Assembly: GCA_028534125.1 (NCBI GenBank)
Contig: CM052818.1
Span: 16,866,001-16,930,000 of the forward strand
Length of the DNA stretch: 64,000 nucleotides
DNA from: Lama glama
Lineage: Eukaryota
Reading direction: 5' to 3'
The position numbers were made by a program, and so were the translations under genes. Within the stretch, counting starts at the first letter, position 1. Each line of letters begins with the position of its first letter. The notes below the pieces were generated by a model, which ran no database searches, was not told the DNA's origin, and was given only the letters and a program-made list of their open reading frames with translations. Below, piece by piece: positions 37,001 to 49,704 of the stretch.

Positions 37001-38955
37001 GTATTTTTATTTAAATATCTTATTCATATATTCCATGTAAACCAATGTTTAATAAATATTGTTTCTCCTCCCCATTCAGCCCCTAATTTAATAATTTCAC
37101 TCCTCCCTCTTTTTTTTTTTTTTTTGCATGAAAAGATGTAGTTAGGTGACTCCGTAGGAATAGCTGTGGCTCTATCTTCTTCCCCATTTTCCCTTACATC
37201 AAATCTTGTTCTACAAGCAAGAGATTGTTTCTGTGACAGTCTAGCCACACAGTTTCTCATCTCTTATTCACAGAGTATGTAAGGCAGTCTGTGTGTGTGG
37301 GAGTGCATCTCACCACATGTGTCCCATGGTGTTGTCATTCACAGAGACGAGCATCATTTCATCATGTTGCAGAAACATTTGATGCAGATCTGAAGGACAC
37401 AAGAAATTACATGCATCTCCAGATTGGGAACCATCCCTGACTGATCCCATTCATCACTCCCTGTTTGATTCTTTAACATGGAGTCCTTCATTTTGTGGGC
37501 TTACTCAAGAGTCAAGCAATAAGTAACCAATTGCTGACCATTTATTGCTATGGATCTAACACTATTCTGGGTGCTCTCTAGGACTTAACATGCATTATTT
37601 GTCTTCTAGAATCATAGGGAACAGTTTGGCAAACTTAATTAGCATATAGACCAAACATTTTGTGTGCTTTGATAAAACAAGACTTCTTTTGATTTGTCCT
37701 GCGGTTTAGTTTAAAGAAACAAAATTAATCCATAGAAAAAGCAGTGCTGTGTGAATCAGAAATGTTGCTTCCGCTACTAATTATAGTTAAAAAAAAAAGT
37801 TAGCTAGCATTTATTATCTGCTCTGTGATCTTACTTTATACAGTATATCTTTTATGATAGCTGGATGATGGCAGGTATTGTTACTTTCTGTTGTTCTGTT
37901 CCCAGGAAAATGTTCCTATCTGTTATTTCAAATCTTCAGCACTTCCAGCACCTGCACTGGTGGCCTACGGCCATAGCTGGAAGCTTCAGTCTTTCTTCTT
38001 ACTCTAATGGGCTTGGGATAAACTTTAAATTGTCTCTTTAGTTTTCAAAATTGTATGACAACTATAATTTATTTGGCAACACTGAGCTTAATGACTCCTG
38101 AAGGAGCTGTCTGGCCTATCATTTGAAGCATTCTCTGCCTGTTGAGATCTTAAAATGCAAATAATTAAAGTGACAAACTCAGAGAAGTTCCTGGAAGCTT
38201 TTCAGGCTCACTGGTGTCCAGGTTTCCATGGTTCAAGTACACATTGTTTATTGACTTCTGCAGTTTCTTTGTCTAATGAAGTTGAATGATTGAATGCTGG
38301 AAATACAATTGTCTGTCCTTTCCATTGCTCACAAAACGTTCAGTAACCCATAATAAGTCAGAAGTTCAATCAGATTAATTCATTACAATGTATAAACAAT
38401 ACCTCTGTAAATAAAGTATTTGACTGCAATTTAATTAGAAAGCCAGGTTCTAAATTCCAGGTAGAGGCTTAAGCTGTACCAACAGACAGACCTTAACTCT
38501 GTTATTTTTATACTCTGCTAACTAGTTCTTATAGTGTATTAGATTAGGTAGGAAAGAAGAACGAAGATGAGGATTTAATATCTGAAGAACTGCATTAGAA
38601 AGGTTGTTGACTCTTATTATATGCAAGGTACATTTGCCCCTCTTATTGTTCCTCAGAGTGACTAGGGTAACCTTTGGGTGAGAGTTGATTCTTTGGCTTT
38701 CTGTTCTAATCTCAGCTTGGTTAGGTTTCACCATCATGTCCTTACAGGATCTGCAGGCGACCTGCACCTTGTTGGTGGCTCATTTTATGCAAAAGGCGGA
38801 AACTCCTCAAGACTAAGATCTATTTGTGCATTTTTTTGGCAGGAAAAATATTTACTTCTCAGGATTTTCCTGTTTTTCTTCCTTGTAATTTATTATGGGT
38901 TAGGAAACTAGCTAATCAGACTAGTTAAAAAGGTGTATAAAAGAAAATTAAGAGA

Positions 38956-39096
38956 GGGGAGGGTACAGCTCAGTGGCAGAGTGCATGCCTAGCATGCACC
39001 AGGTCCGGGCTTATCCCCAGTACCTCCATTAAATAAATAAATAAACCCAAATACCTCTCCCCACCAAAAAAAAAAAAAAAAAAAAAGAAGTTAAAT
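38956..39096 (+). mobile_element. Vic-1-type camelid SINE
   Basis: 'ggggagggtacagctcagtggcagagtgcatgcctagcatgcaccaggtcc', long A tail; TSD aaaagaaaattaaga / aaaataaaattaaga. Confidence 0.9.
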
Positions 39097-39174
39097 AAAA
39101 TAAAATTAAGAATATTTTGTGCACAGATTTGGTGAGATCTGTTTTGGTTGCCTGGGTTTTTAAATTCTTTTTCC

Positions 39175-39367
39175 TTTTTTACTTTTTGACCCCCTTCACC
39201 CGTTTCTCCCCCTCCGCCTCCCCACCTCTGTCAACGACCAGTCTGTTCTCTGTGTCTGTAATCTTGTTTTTTGTTTGTTTGTTTGTTTGTTTTTAGATTC
39301 CATGTGTGAGAGAGATCATATGGTATTTGCCTTACCTTGTCTGATTTACTTCACTTAGCATAATACC
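39175..39367 (-). mobile_element. L1MA-type 3'UTR fragment
   Basis: 'tttttgacccccttcacccgtttctcc...ttttagattccatgtgtgagagagatcatatggtatttg...ttcacttagcataatacc'. Confidence 0.8.
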
Positions 39368-40209
39368 ATTTCCTATTGTTTGTTCAATCACCCAAATGCA
39401 ACTAATCTGGAAATTGTAAATCAGTGGTACTTACGAGATTAGGTATCCATTTTCTCTTTAATAAAGGTATAAATTATTACTTTGAAACATACCACATTTG
39501 TTAACTTTTGGATATTAATAGAAAATACTATATGACAGACTTTAAAGGGAAAACTATAATTATTTTAAAGTCAAGCAAACTTTTACCAAACTTTTGGACT
39601 TCTTACATTTCTAAAATCTATGTTCACGCTCTAAACAGATGAGCAATAGCTCATTCTTTTTATTTGATTATTTTTCTAATATTTTTAAATCAAATATACT
39701 AGACTATTGCTTAAGTGAAACAAATTCTACAATTTATTCAATCCTGACTGGAAGTAAGTTAGTGTTTAAAATGTTCTCCTACCCAAATATTTAGGTCTTA
39801 CCTGTGAGTATCCTTCCTTTACATTCTAATTTTTTCTGGAAAATATAAAAAGAAAACGTAAGGAGACTTTTGCAGGAGCCGACTTAAAGTCTCTAAGACG
39901 TGTTTCCTGGCCCAGTGATGCTTATGAAAACCTGCTTCTTTGTCCACCTTGATTTTCTATTTCCTTGTTGATGATCTAACTCAGCCCGATGCAAGTATCA
40001 CTTTCATCCACTTTAGTTCTTGTGGATTATTTTTTCCACTTGTACACTTTGCCATTATCTTATTATGAATTTTATATTGATTTTGCTTTGTAATTGCTTT
40101 TCCTTTAATACTTTATAATGAATAATTCAGCTCCTAATTTTATCAGTTTATAACCATTTCTGTGCAATTCAGCTGTTTTATCTTCCACAGGTCACTTAAC
40201 CTGTAATGA

Positions 40210-40450
40210 AAATAGCTTGCACGTCTGCAGTGCTTATTTTTTGTCAGACAGCCTTCTGAGCCATTCACACTATTACTTTATATATTAATTGCTACAGTCT
40301 TTTGAAAGATATAGTCTTATACCCATTTTACTGGTAGGAAGATTTAAGCACAAAGGTTAAGTACTTTATCCAGTGTCACACAGCTGCTAAATGTTAGAAC
40401 TAGGATTTAAATTTGTATCAGGCTAGGTCTAGAATCCAATTATAAACCTT
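40210..40450 (-). mobile_element. MIR SINE
   Basis: 'acccattttactggtaggaagatttaagcacaaaggttaagtactttatccagtgtcacacagct...ctaggatttaaa'. Confidence 0.75.
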
Positions 40451-40929
40451 TCTGCTTCTCTAAACTTAAGTTTTCTCATTAGTTAAATAGTGGGTTGGCT
40501 TTGATGATCCCTAAAGTTCTGCGAAACCCTAAATAAATAAATATATTGATGGGGTAAATGTATGTATAAAAATCTCATACTTGCTTAATTAAAAAATACT
40601 CTTTTATTGACAATTTCATGTAGATATGATTTCCCCCATTTATGTTTTAAGATTAGTAACATCAGAAGTTCTTTTATTCCTATTATTTCCCTAAGCCATA
40701 GCACAATTCTAGTCCTCATGAGTGCTCAGTAAGAATTTGGTAGGTTGATTCAGTGGTTGATTGACTTTTGAGAAATCAGCACTGCAGAGAGCTCTGATCC
40801 CTGACAGTCAGCACTGAGAAACCACACCATACGCTCCTCTCCGTTTATGACTGAAGACAGAACGATGTTCTAGTTTAGACGTATCCAGGCTGTTTTCCAG
40901 GATCAGCTAGAATGAGGATGCAGGGAGGA

Positions 40930-41045
40930 CAAAGGGCAGAAGGAAGAAAAGGGTAGGAGAGAAATTTTACACCATTCATCTTCTTATCCTTTTTGACTTT
41001 TGAGATTTGTGAATATATCATCTGTTCAACAAATTAAATAAATAG
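40930..41045 (+). mobile_element. Possible very old L1ME 3' end
   Basis: 'cttttgagatttgtgaatatatcatctgttcaacaaattaaataaa' resembles L1ME tails. Confidence 0.4.
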
Positions 41046-41783
41046 TTGAAAAAGATTCTGTGGTCTCAGGATAGGTCTTTAGCAAGTAGAGCTGAGCAAT
41101 TCTGAGGTCAGGGTTCTCTTTCATCCTGTCAAAAAGGCCACCTTCCACTGAGCTGTAAGTCAATTATGTGAGTTCAGTTAATTGGAATCACTCAGGCAGT
41201 AAGATTATAGGAGACACAGTGTTATGCAGGAAGTAGTGTGAGAAAGTAAAATAACAGAATGAGATAATCTAACAGGGAACAGAATATTGACAGACACCCT
41301 GGGAAAGCAATTCTGCACTAATCCGAATAGAATGAGTCATCAATTCAATAAGAATTTAAAGAGGAAAGAAATCAGGGTGGACCACAGCAGCTTTCTGGAC
41401 ACTTAATGGGTCTCTTTTCCACATTCTCATTTCCAGGGCTAAGAGAGTAACAAACATCGGCTGGTAAAGATGTACTAAGGAAAGAGAGTGAGTCCTGGTT
41501 AATCTATCCTTGCTGACCAGAGCACCTCTATGTTAATGATTCTGCTCTACTTACTTTGGAGGGGAGTCTGCAATTAATTAAGGACAAAGTGACCTGTGAA
41601 CAACACATGCAGACTGAAAAACATGTCTATTAACAAGTAAACAGAAAGATGCTGGTGCTTCCAGGGACAAGTCGGTGTGGTATAATGCAAATGGCAAACA
41701 CAGGGATTGTCATGAGCAAAGCTGGCTCAGTTCAGTGTCAACTGGCAAGTACGTACTGATGAGCCAGGGATTTATAGGCGTTA

Positions 41784-41933
41784 GAGTTGACCCTCCATGT
41801 CCAAGAGTTCTGCATCCATGGATACAGAGGGCTGACTCTGCTATGTCATTTTTTAAAGGGACTTGAGCATCCACTGATTTTGATATCTGTAGGGTCCTGG
41901 AACCCGTCTCCCACAGATACAGAGAGGTGACTC
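41784..41933. mobile_element. MER2-like Tigger MITE (150 bp)
   Basis: TA flanks at 41782-83 and 41934-35; imperfect terminal repeats gagttgaccctc / gagaggtgactc; internal 'gggacttgagcatccactgattttgatatc'. Confidence 0.85.
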
Positions 41934-42059
41934 TATTCTATGGCTGAATGAACAACCAGGTTTTTTGTTTGTTTTTGTGTTTGTGCTTTTTGAAATGCTA
42001 GGGTGACCATGGTGATAATCAGGCAAAGAACCACTACCTTCAAAGTTACTGATCTTCTT

Positions 42060-43325
42060 TTTTTGTAAATTTCTTCTGTAAAGAAATTTTTTGAAATACA
42101 AAAAAATCATATGAGATCTACTCTCAACAACTTTTTAAGTATACAATACAGTCTTGTTAACTACCTGCATATCGTTGTGCAGCAGATCTCCAGATCTCGA
42201 ACTTTCTCATCTTGCATGATTAACACTGTATACCATTGAGCAGTAACTTCCCATTTCTCCCTTCCTCTAGTCCCTGGCAATCATCGTTCTATTTTTCAGC
42301 CTCTGTGAGGTTGACTACCTTGGATACCTTACATAAGTGGGTCATGCAGTACTGGTCCTTCTGTGACTGACTTAAAACTTCACTTAGTATAATGTCTTCA
42401 AGTTTCGTCCATGTTGTAGCATATGATAGAATTTTCTTCTTTTTCAAGACTGAATAATAGATTCCAGCATATGCGTATATCACATTTTCTTTATCCACTC
42501 ATCCATCTATGGACATTTAGGTTGTTTCCACCTCTTAGCTATTGTGAATAATGCTACAATAAACATGGGAGGACAGATAGCTATTTAAACTTGTTTTCAG
42601 TTATTTTAGGTAAATACCCAACAAAAGTATACAAAGATTTCAATTCCTCTACATCATTGCCAACATTTGTTTTTTTCTAATTTGTATTTTTTTTATTTGT
42701 AATGACTATCCTAACAGATGTGAAGTGATAGCTCATTATGGTTTTGGTATGTGTTTGCGTGATGATTAGTGATGCTGAGCATCTTTTCATAAACCTGTTG
42801 GTCATTGTATGTCTCATTTGGAGAAACGTCTATTCAACTACTTGGCTCATTTTAAAAATCAGGTTATTTTGTTTTTTTTGCTATTGAGTTGTAGGAGTTC
42901 CTCATATATTTTAGACATTAACCTCTTATAAGATATATGCTTTGAAAATGTTTTCTCCCATTTCATGTGTTGCCTTGTTACTGTATTGAGTATTTCACTT
43001 GCTGCATTGAAGGTTTTTAGTTTGATGTAGTCCTTATTGTCTTACTTTTGTCGTCTGTGCTTTTGGTGTCATATCCAAGAAATTTTTGCCAAGACCAAGG
43101 TCATGGAACTTTTCTCCTATGTTTTCTTCTAGCAATTTCATAATGTTAGGTTCTACATTTACACCTTTAATCCATTTTGAGTTTATTTTTGTATATAGTA
43201 TAATATGAAACCAGTTTCATTCTTCTGCATGTGGATATCCAATTTTATCAACAGCATTTGTTGAAAAGACTATCCTTTCCCTATGATGTAGTCTTAACAT
43301 CTTTCTTAGAAGATTATTTGATTAT
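42060..43325 (-). mobile_element. L1MB/L1MA10-type L1 (3'UTR plus ORF2 C-terminal part)
   Basis: 'atgagatctactctcaacaactttttaagtatacaatacag'; minus ORF 42289-42498 'MDKENV...KILSYATTWTKLEDIILSE' is an L1 ORF2 C-terminus remnant. Confidence 0.92.
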
Positions 43326-43547
43326 AGCATTTTTCTGGATCAGCTCACGTGTGACTTGATCTGCAGGAATGTGAGCTCTGAGGTTCCTTTCAGTTGGAAA
43401 ATTCTATGATTCTGTGAAACACTATTGATTATTTGGATAAAATAATATGAAAACAATAGTTTGCTTTGAAGACTAGTTAAGCTAGTTTGTAAGTATATGT
43501 TTCAATGAAATCTCCGTCTCTCTTAAAATCTCTCTTTCTCTCCTCTT

Positions 43548-43580
43548 ACACACACACACACGCACATACACATGCACACT
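43548..43580. repeat. (CA)n-rich microsatellite
   Basis: directly visible. Confidence 0.85.
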
Positions 43581-44267
43581 CATTCTGATTTTGAAGTAGT
43601 GATGACTCTTACTTTATTCATTCTTTAATGTAAAATTTGTTAAGGGATCAAAAAATTCTAAGTTATTTTTTGGTATCTCCCCCCAAAATATCAGAAATAT
43701 TAAGTATAAACATTTAAAATATTTGATAATATATAAATATGTCAGGTTGAATACCATTATTTCTTGAATAACAGGGAGACATGTAAGAAACAGAGGTGAC
43801 CCAATACCTGAAATACACTTCCCACATATTGTTACTCTGCTGTAGTATATCAAGTACAGACCCTGTAAAGATTTTAATTACCTTACCCCTTCATCCTGAT
43901 CAAATAACAAGTTAAAAAACCTATGTCATCTTAATGGGAGTTAGAAAAAAATGTCAATAGATCTTACATAATTACCATGGCCTTTGTTGTCACATTGTCT
44001 GATGCACCTGTACACTGGAGACTCAGTTCTGTCTTGATCTGTATACACCACACACGTAATCACTCAGAGTGCACTTGCTTTAAAGGAGGAGAAAGTTTCA
44101 AAATGCAACTTTCTCATCATAAAGAAAGGCACATCCTTTTGAACAAGAATGTTCTTTCAGTAAGGATGAAGAAGGACAAAAATGGTCAAGGTAAATAGCT
44201 GTAACTTAATTGTACAGGAAAGAGGTAAAAATTAAAAGATGTTAATTCATCTTCCAGTGCAACGTAA

Positions 44268-44386
44268 TTCTAAGAATTCTGCCCATACACATTCTTTTTA
44301 TATGACATAGTTCTAAGAATTCTCTTCTATGAACCTTCTAATTCTGTAATGTAGAATCAGATAGTACATCAACATAGTTCTTAGAA
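44268..44386. promoter_or_regulatory. Cluster of four TTCN3GAA (GAS/STAT) motifs; candidate enhancer
   Basis: TTCTAAGAA 44268-76, TTCTAAGAA 44311-19, TTCTATGAA 44325-33, TTCTTAGAA 44378-86; motifs are directly visible, function is not shown. Confidence 0.4.
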
Positions 44387-45399
44387 TTTTTCTGGGACTT
44401 TCTTTCCCTTTGAGATAAATAACTGAATCAAATACATGGTATTCACTTTATTCCCAACGAAATGCTAGGTAAATAAGAGGGACACAAAATAAGGTTTTAA
44501 TTTGGTGCTTGACCTTAAAAAATAATAATTTGAGGAAATAGTAGTGTTATCCAATACTCTTATATACTTTAAAATAAGAATTTTTTTGGCAAGGGGGGGC
44601 TTCAGTTATTTTAAATCTTCTGTTGAGACTCTTGAAGTCATATTTGCAGGTGGTATAAGAGATTGCCCGCATTTCAAGCAGAATGTTTATATGATATGGG
44701 TATGAATTAAAAAAGAGTAATAAGCGGATAAGAATGAAGGGGTTTTATGTAGTATGGTATACTGCGAGAAATTATTCTCCACTTCCCAGGGTTCTTCTTG
44801 GTGGTCCTTCAGAAGGAACTTCACAGCCTCTTTCTGTTTTGCCAGGTAAATATGTAAGTAGTGGAATAAAAAAGCAATCATTCTTGGTTTATGAATTCAT
44901 TTCACAGTAGACGCTCAGGACTTAGGAAGTGAGAAGGGGAAAGGGATGGACGTTTTGGATTTTATTCAGCCTTGATAATGAATGAAGTTTTAAATTTATC
45001 CTGATTTAAAAAAATGGAGAATAAAACCTGATCATACATTAGCACTGATGACGTGCGTGGTTGCTATACTTTCCATGCAACTGCCATAGTCATCCTACGA
45101 TGGGATGATGACCCAAATTAAACTTCCACAAATTGTTGCCCTCAATGTTTTTCTTTTCTTGCTAAGAACAAGAAGACTTTACTTTTTGACTAAAACTAGA
45201 TTATGATCTCTCCTCTTTAATCTTGGCAGAGCAAAGTAAGCTTCTTAATGAAAAATAGACTAGGGAGAACTGAAAATGTGTTGTTTAAGTCATAATAATA
45301 AAATTATAGAAGCACTGAAGACGATAAGTAGTAGTTCAATGAAGGAAAGTTCCATGCTTATCATCATGATGGCTTTTTTTGGTGGGATGAGGGTTGGAG

Positions 45400-45830
45400 A
45401 GGGAAGATATGTGTAAATATATGTATCTTCTATATTTTTCTCAGTATTGACTCACATGTGTTTTTAAATTTAATTGAATATTTTTTTCATAAACCTAATT
45501 TAATGTTTGCTCTTTAATTTCTTCATGGTAAAATGAACATTCATGTGCTCTGCCAATTTTCCCGTTGTTCTGTACATCCTTGTGTTGGTTCTTAAGAGGA
45601 TAATAAATATGAAATCTATGTATCGTTTGTCTTAAATACATTATAGGCTTCCCGCATTTATTATTTGCCTGTCCATTTCTTGATGGTGTTTGAAAAAATA
45701 CTTAGAAGCTTTTTCTTTCTGTAACTAGATTTGTCTGTATTTCCTTTGTGATTCCTTCCATTGCTTTTATGCTTAGAATGGTGTTCTCTACTTTAAATCA
45801 GATAAATATTTATATATTCTGCTAGCTGAA
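45400..45830 (-). mobile_element. Highly degenerate old L1
   Basis: 'tcatgtgctctgccaattttccc...atttgtctgtatttcctttgtgattccttccattgcttttatgcttagaatgg'. Confidence 0.55.
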
Positions 45831-48800
45831 AATTGTCAGTAATCTTTCCCTCAAATGTCAGTGTAGTTTTCTTAAATAGTTGCCATCAGAAAAGGTTTGT
45901 TCTTAGAGGTTGATATTAACTTGAGTTGATTTTTTTCCCTAAAAAATTCAGCATGCAATAAGTGCATGCACTATGTTTTTATGAAAACATGGTTTCTGTT
46001 AAGTGTACTGGTCAGTGACTGATAAAGAACAAATTCCTTAAGATTAAATTCAGGACTTTTCTCTGCTTTTGTGTAAGCTGTTTTTCTGTAATTTCTAAGA
46101 GTTTCTCCAATTGCTCTAATTTCTTTACCTCTTGTTCCTTATAAGGGAAACAATTTGGTTTGATGTGGAGGTATATGTGTAAGCACTTAGATATTGTTTC
46201 CATGTAATTAGATATTCAGTTCACCATTATCTTGGTAAGCACATGCTATTGTGTGCCAGCCATAATCTACTTAAAAATCACGGAAGTGACTGATGACTTG
46301 ATATTTAGATGGCTTTATTTACTAATTTAATTTAAATGTATACTGCATGAAACCAAATGTTTAAATAATATAAAAAGGTATGAGCTTTTTGAAAAGTATT
46401 AAGTTCCATTTTAAACTGATCCTCAAGGTGTACATGCAGTGGTGGGATTCTTAACATTGAGATAAAAGTAAGAGTTAGTCATCTAGTCTAGAGAATCACA
46501 AGTTGTCATACTTCTGTATATGCTGAAATTTCTTATTTCTGAATTTTTAATTTTCTACTCACATTTCATATAATATGAAGCCACATTTGTGCTTTAGGTT
46601 GACATCACGAATAGGTTATTAAAGAAAAAAATATATGTTCTATTTAAAATTAATGAAATGCTGTTTACTCTGATAGAAGGTAGCTTATTCATTGTACGTG
46701 GTTATCTTTTGTATTTGACCTTTTGCAGCTCTGCATTGGATTATTATCTTTGATCAGAGTCACATAAAAGTTTATGCAAAGACATTCAAGGTACTGTAAT
46801 TACTTTAAATTTATGAGGTCAGATAAAAAATCTTAATATCGCTCTTTTTTCTTAAGAAGGAATATCAGTGCTCTTGATACTTGTCTAGCACAGTATTCAG
46901 AACTGAACTTAATGGGCACATCATTACTTTTAAAATGAGATCGTTATCCATGGGAAACTACCCCACCTTGTAAATTATTTTAGGTTACCTGACCCACTTA
47001 CCAAAGTGTGAATTTCTTAATGAATGTTCTCAAAGTAAGATGCAAACACTTTTATTAAAGTTTAGCTTACTTATTATGCTGATTAATTTCTGTGTTGCAT
47101 CAAGCAAGATAAAAATTTTAGAGGAAATTGAATATATGTATGGCACTCAGCCAGATATTTCCACTAATAATGCTACTTATTCTGCTTGTTTATGTTATAA
47201 GATGAATTTCTGAGTGTAAAATGTTTATTGCAGAGATTAACATTTTTGAAGTATCAGGTGTTGACTCTTCAAAAAGACACTACAACTCAGTAATAAACAT
47301 CCTTTGGTTCACTCTCAAGTTTCAAAACACTGCAAAATATTATTTACTCAGGAACTTTTCTTTCTTTGTGTGTGTATATGTGTGTGTGCGTGTGTACAAC
47401 AGTGCTGTGTTTGGGGGACTTTAAAGCAAACTTTCAAAGGCTTTTGAAGGAAAAAAATTATTCAATACTTGGTACCATCCTTTAGCCTCAAAGCAGCATC
47501 TATACCAAATAAGGGAATTCTTGGAATTAGCTGATTAGTTGGATCTCAGATTCTTTGTACTCTGAGGCCAACAATTAATCTCAAAAGACTGCTTTTACAT
47601 TGATCTCTTGAATTTGTGTAAGCACATTTGACTGTCCTTTATGATTGGATTACCACATTCTGTTGATTCTTATTTTGTGGTTGGCTTTATTCCTTTGATA
47701 ACTATGTAAGTTTAAAAGCTAAAGCTCTAAATTATTCTTAGAAACAATGATCAAAACATATATGCAAACTAAAAAATATGTATTTGCAGTATATTGTATA
47801 TATGTTTTTACATGCAATATATGGTATACGTGTCGTCAAATTATAGCAATTCTACCTAATAAAATTGAAAAAAAAAGATTGCTTGTAGCAGATAATAGGA
47901 GGAAACAATGAAATTATCTGAAGTACATATTCCTCTCTTGATAGGTGCGTGTTATCTTTGTGTATTTGAATGTGCATGTATTGAAAGAGAATACACTTAT
48001 AGGTTCAGTAAATAAATTCAATTAGAAGACCTGAAAGCCCACTCAAATGAATACACTCAGCAATGTACTTCTGTATAGGAAATTGACAGGTGTGCCTCTG
48101 TTTCCACCAATGAAAGAACAAAAATTTGGTGGGTTATTTCTCCTTCAGAGAGCCATTTAGATTTAACTCATGAAGGGTGATGACCTCTAACCATTGCCAT
48201 CTGACAGTGATTTGGCGATTAATGTGCAGCACGTCAGTGATCTTGATCTGGCTTTCTAGGACATGTGTATTTCACAATAAACTGTCAGCCTCTCATCTGA
48301 CCCAGGAGTGTTCAAGCTGATTGTCCACAGAAATGGTTTTGTTCTTCTGGGTTAGAATTTGTGTTCTTATGTTTCCTGAAGCCTGAAGGTATAGAGCAAG
48401 ACCAGATTTTACCCCAGGAATTATAATTGCCTCAGAAACATTAAACGTTTCCTTTAAATAATAAAAAAGGAAATAACATTTAAACTGAAGACAAAAGAAG
48501 TATAGACATGTTAATACTTAGTTTCTAGAATAAATTATGAATTAAAAGATGTGTTGAATTATTTTCTTTGTCTAGGAAAACACCTCCCCAACTTCTGTCC
48601 TCTATTCACGTGACACAGAATCTTTAATTCATGCTATTAATTCCTAAGCAGTAGGATTTGTGAGAGTAATGACGTACAAGTATTTGGACATATATATGGC
48701 TTTGAGGGCACTTAAGGTAGAGGTCTTCAAGTATCTTGATTTGTTCTCAGAAGAAATTATCCTCATGCTTAAGTTGACTTTAAGAACTTCTAGTATCAGA

Positions 48801-49183
48801 CAGCTAGACTTACCTTATTCAAATAACTTGATAAATCTCTCATTATTAATGAATTTTAAATAAGTCTACATTCTTCTCCATAAAGGGCCTCTTTTCAGCT
48901 GCTCCTCAATCTATAAACTTACCTGTATACTGCATAAAATGTTCTACTGAATCTATTTAAGGAACTTGAACAGGTTAGAATGTATTTTCTCAAAACACTC
49001 TTCTAGAAATAGACTTTTCCAAAAGGTTCTCCATATATTCATAAGAAGTGAGTCAATGTGATATTGTTTACCTGGAGTGCCTGACAAAATTGTTACTGCC
49101 TTCTTGTTCAGAAGGTTCTTAAAGCCTGTTATGGTTTTAAGATAATCAATGTGTTGAAGGTCAGGAGATTGAGTTGTCCACTA

Positions 49184-49235
49184 AGCCAATTATTTTAGTT
49201 ATCTAAACTATTATAGCCAATTATTTTAGTTATCT
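49184..49235. repeat. 21-bp perfect direct repeat with 10-bp spacer
   Basis: agccaattattttagttatct at 49184-49204 and 49215-49235. Confidence 0.9.
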
Positions 49236-49579
49236 GAGTGAATCTGAATAAATTTGTCTGAAAGTATTCATTTCAATGAACCTGAATTGTAATTGAAATA
49301 CAACTGTTTCACCAACATGAAAGTTTTAGAAAGGCTACCTGAGTATTTTCCCAGTGCAGTAGAGCCTGATAACTTTGTATTTATAATGTGTATGTACTCG
49401 CTTGCTATAATTTTTGGTTTGGTTGTGTTTCATTTCCTTGCTCATAGACATCTTTATTTACATGTCCTCTTTGGTCTTTGCAGACATTTGAGTTTTCTAT
49501 ACCTGATGTAATGCCTATTTGCAGTCAGGTAGGATTTAAATTACGCTAATATGTTGATGTCAAGAATCACTAGAGGTAG

Positions 49580-49704
49580 GGGAAGGGGATATAGCTCAAG
49601 TGGTAGAACACATGCTTAGCACACCCAAGGTCCTGGGTTCAATCCCCAGTACCTCCTCCAAACATAAATAAATGAATAAACCTAATTACCTCTCCCTCAT
49701 AAAA
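49580..49704 (+). mobile_element. Vic-1-type camelid SINE
   Basis: 'ggatatagctcaagtggtagaacacatgcttagcacacccaaggtcctgggttcaatccccagtacctcc'; TSD aagaatcactagaggtag (49562-79) / aaaaatcgctagaggtag (49705-22). Confidence 0.92.
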
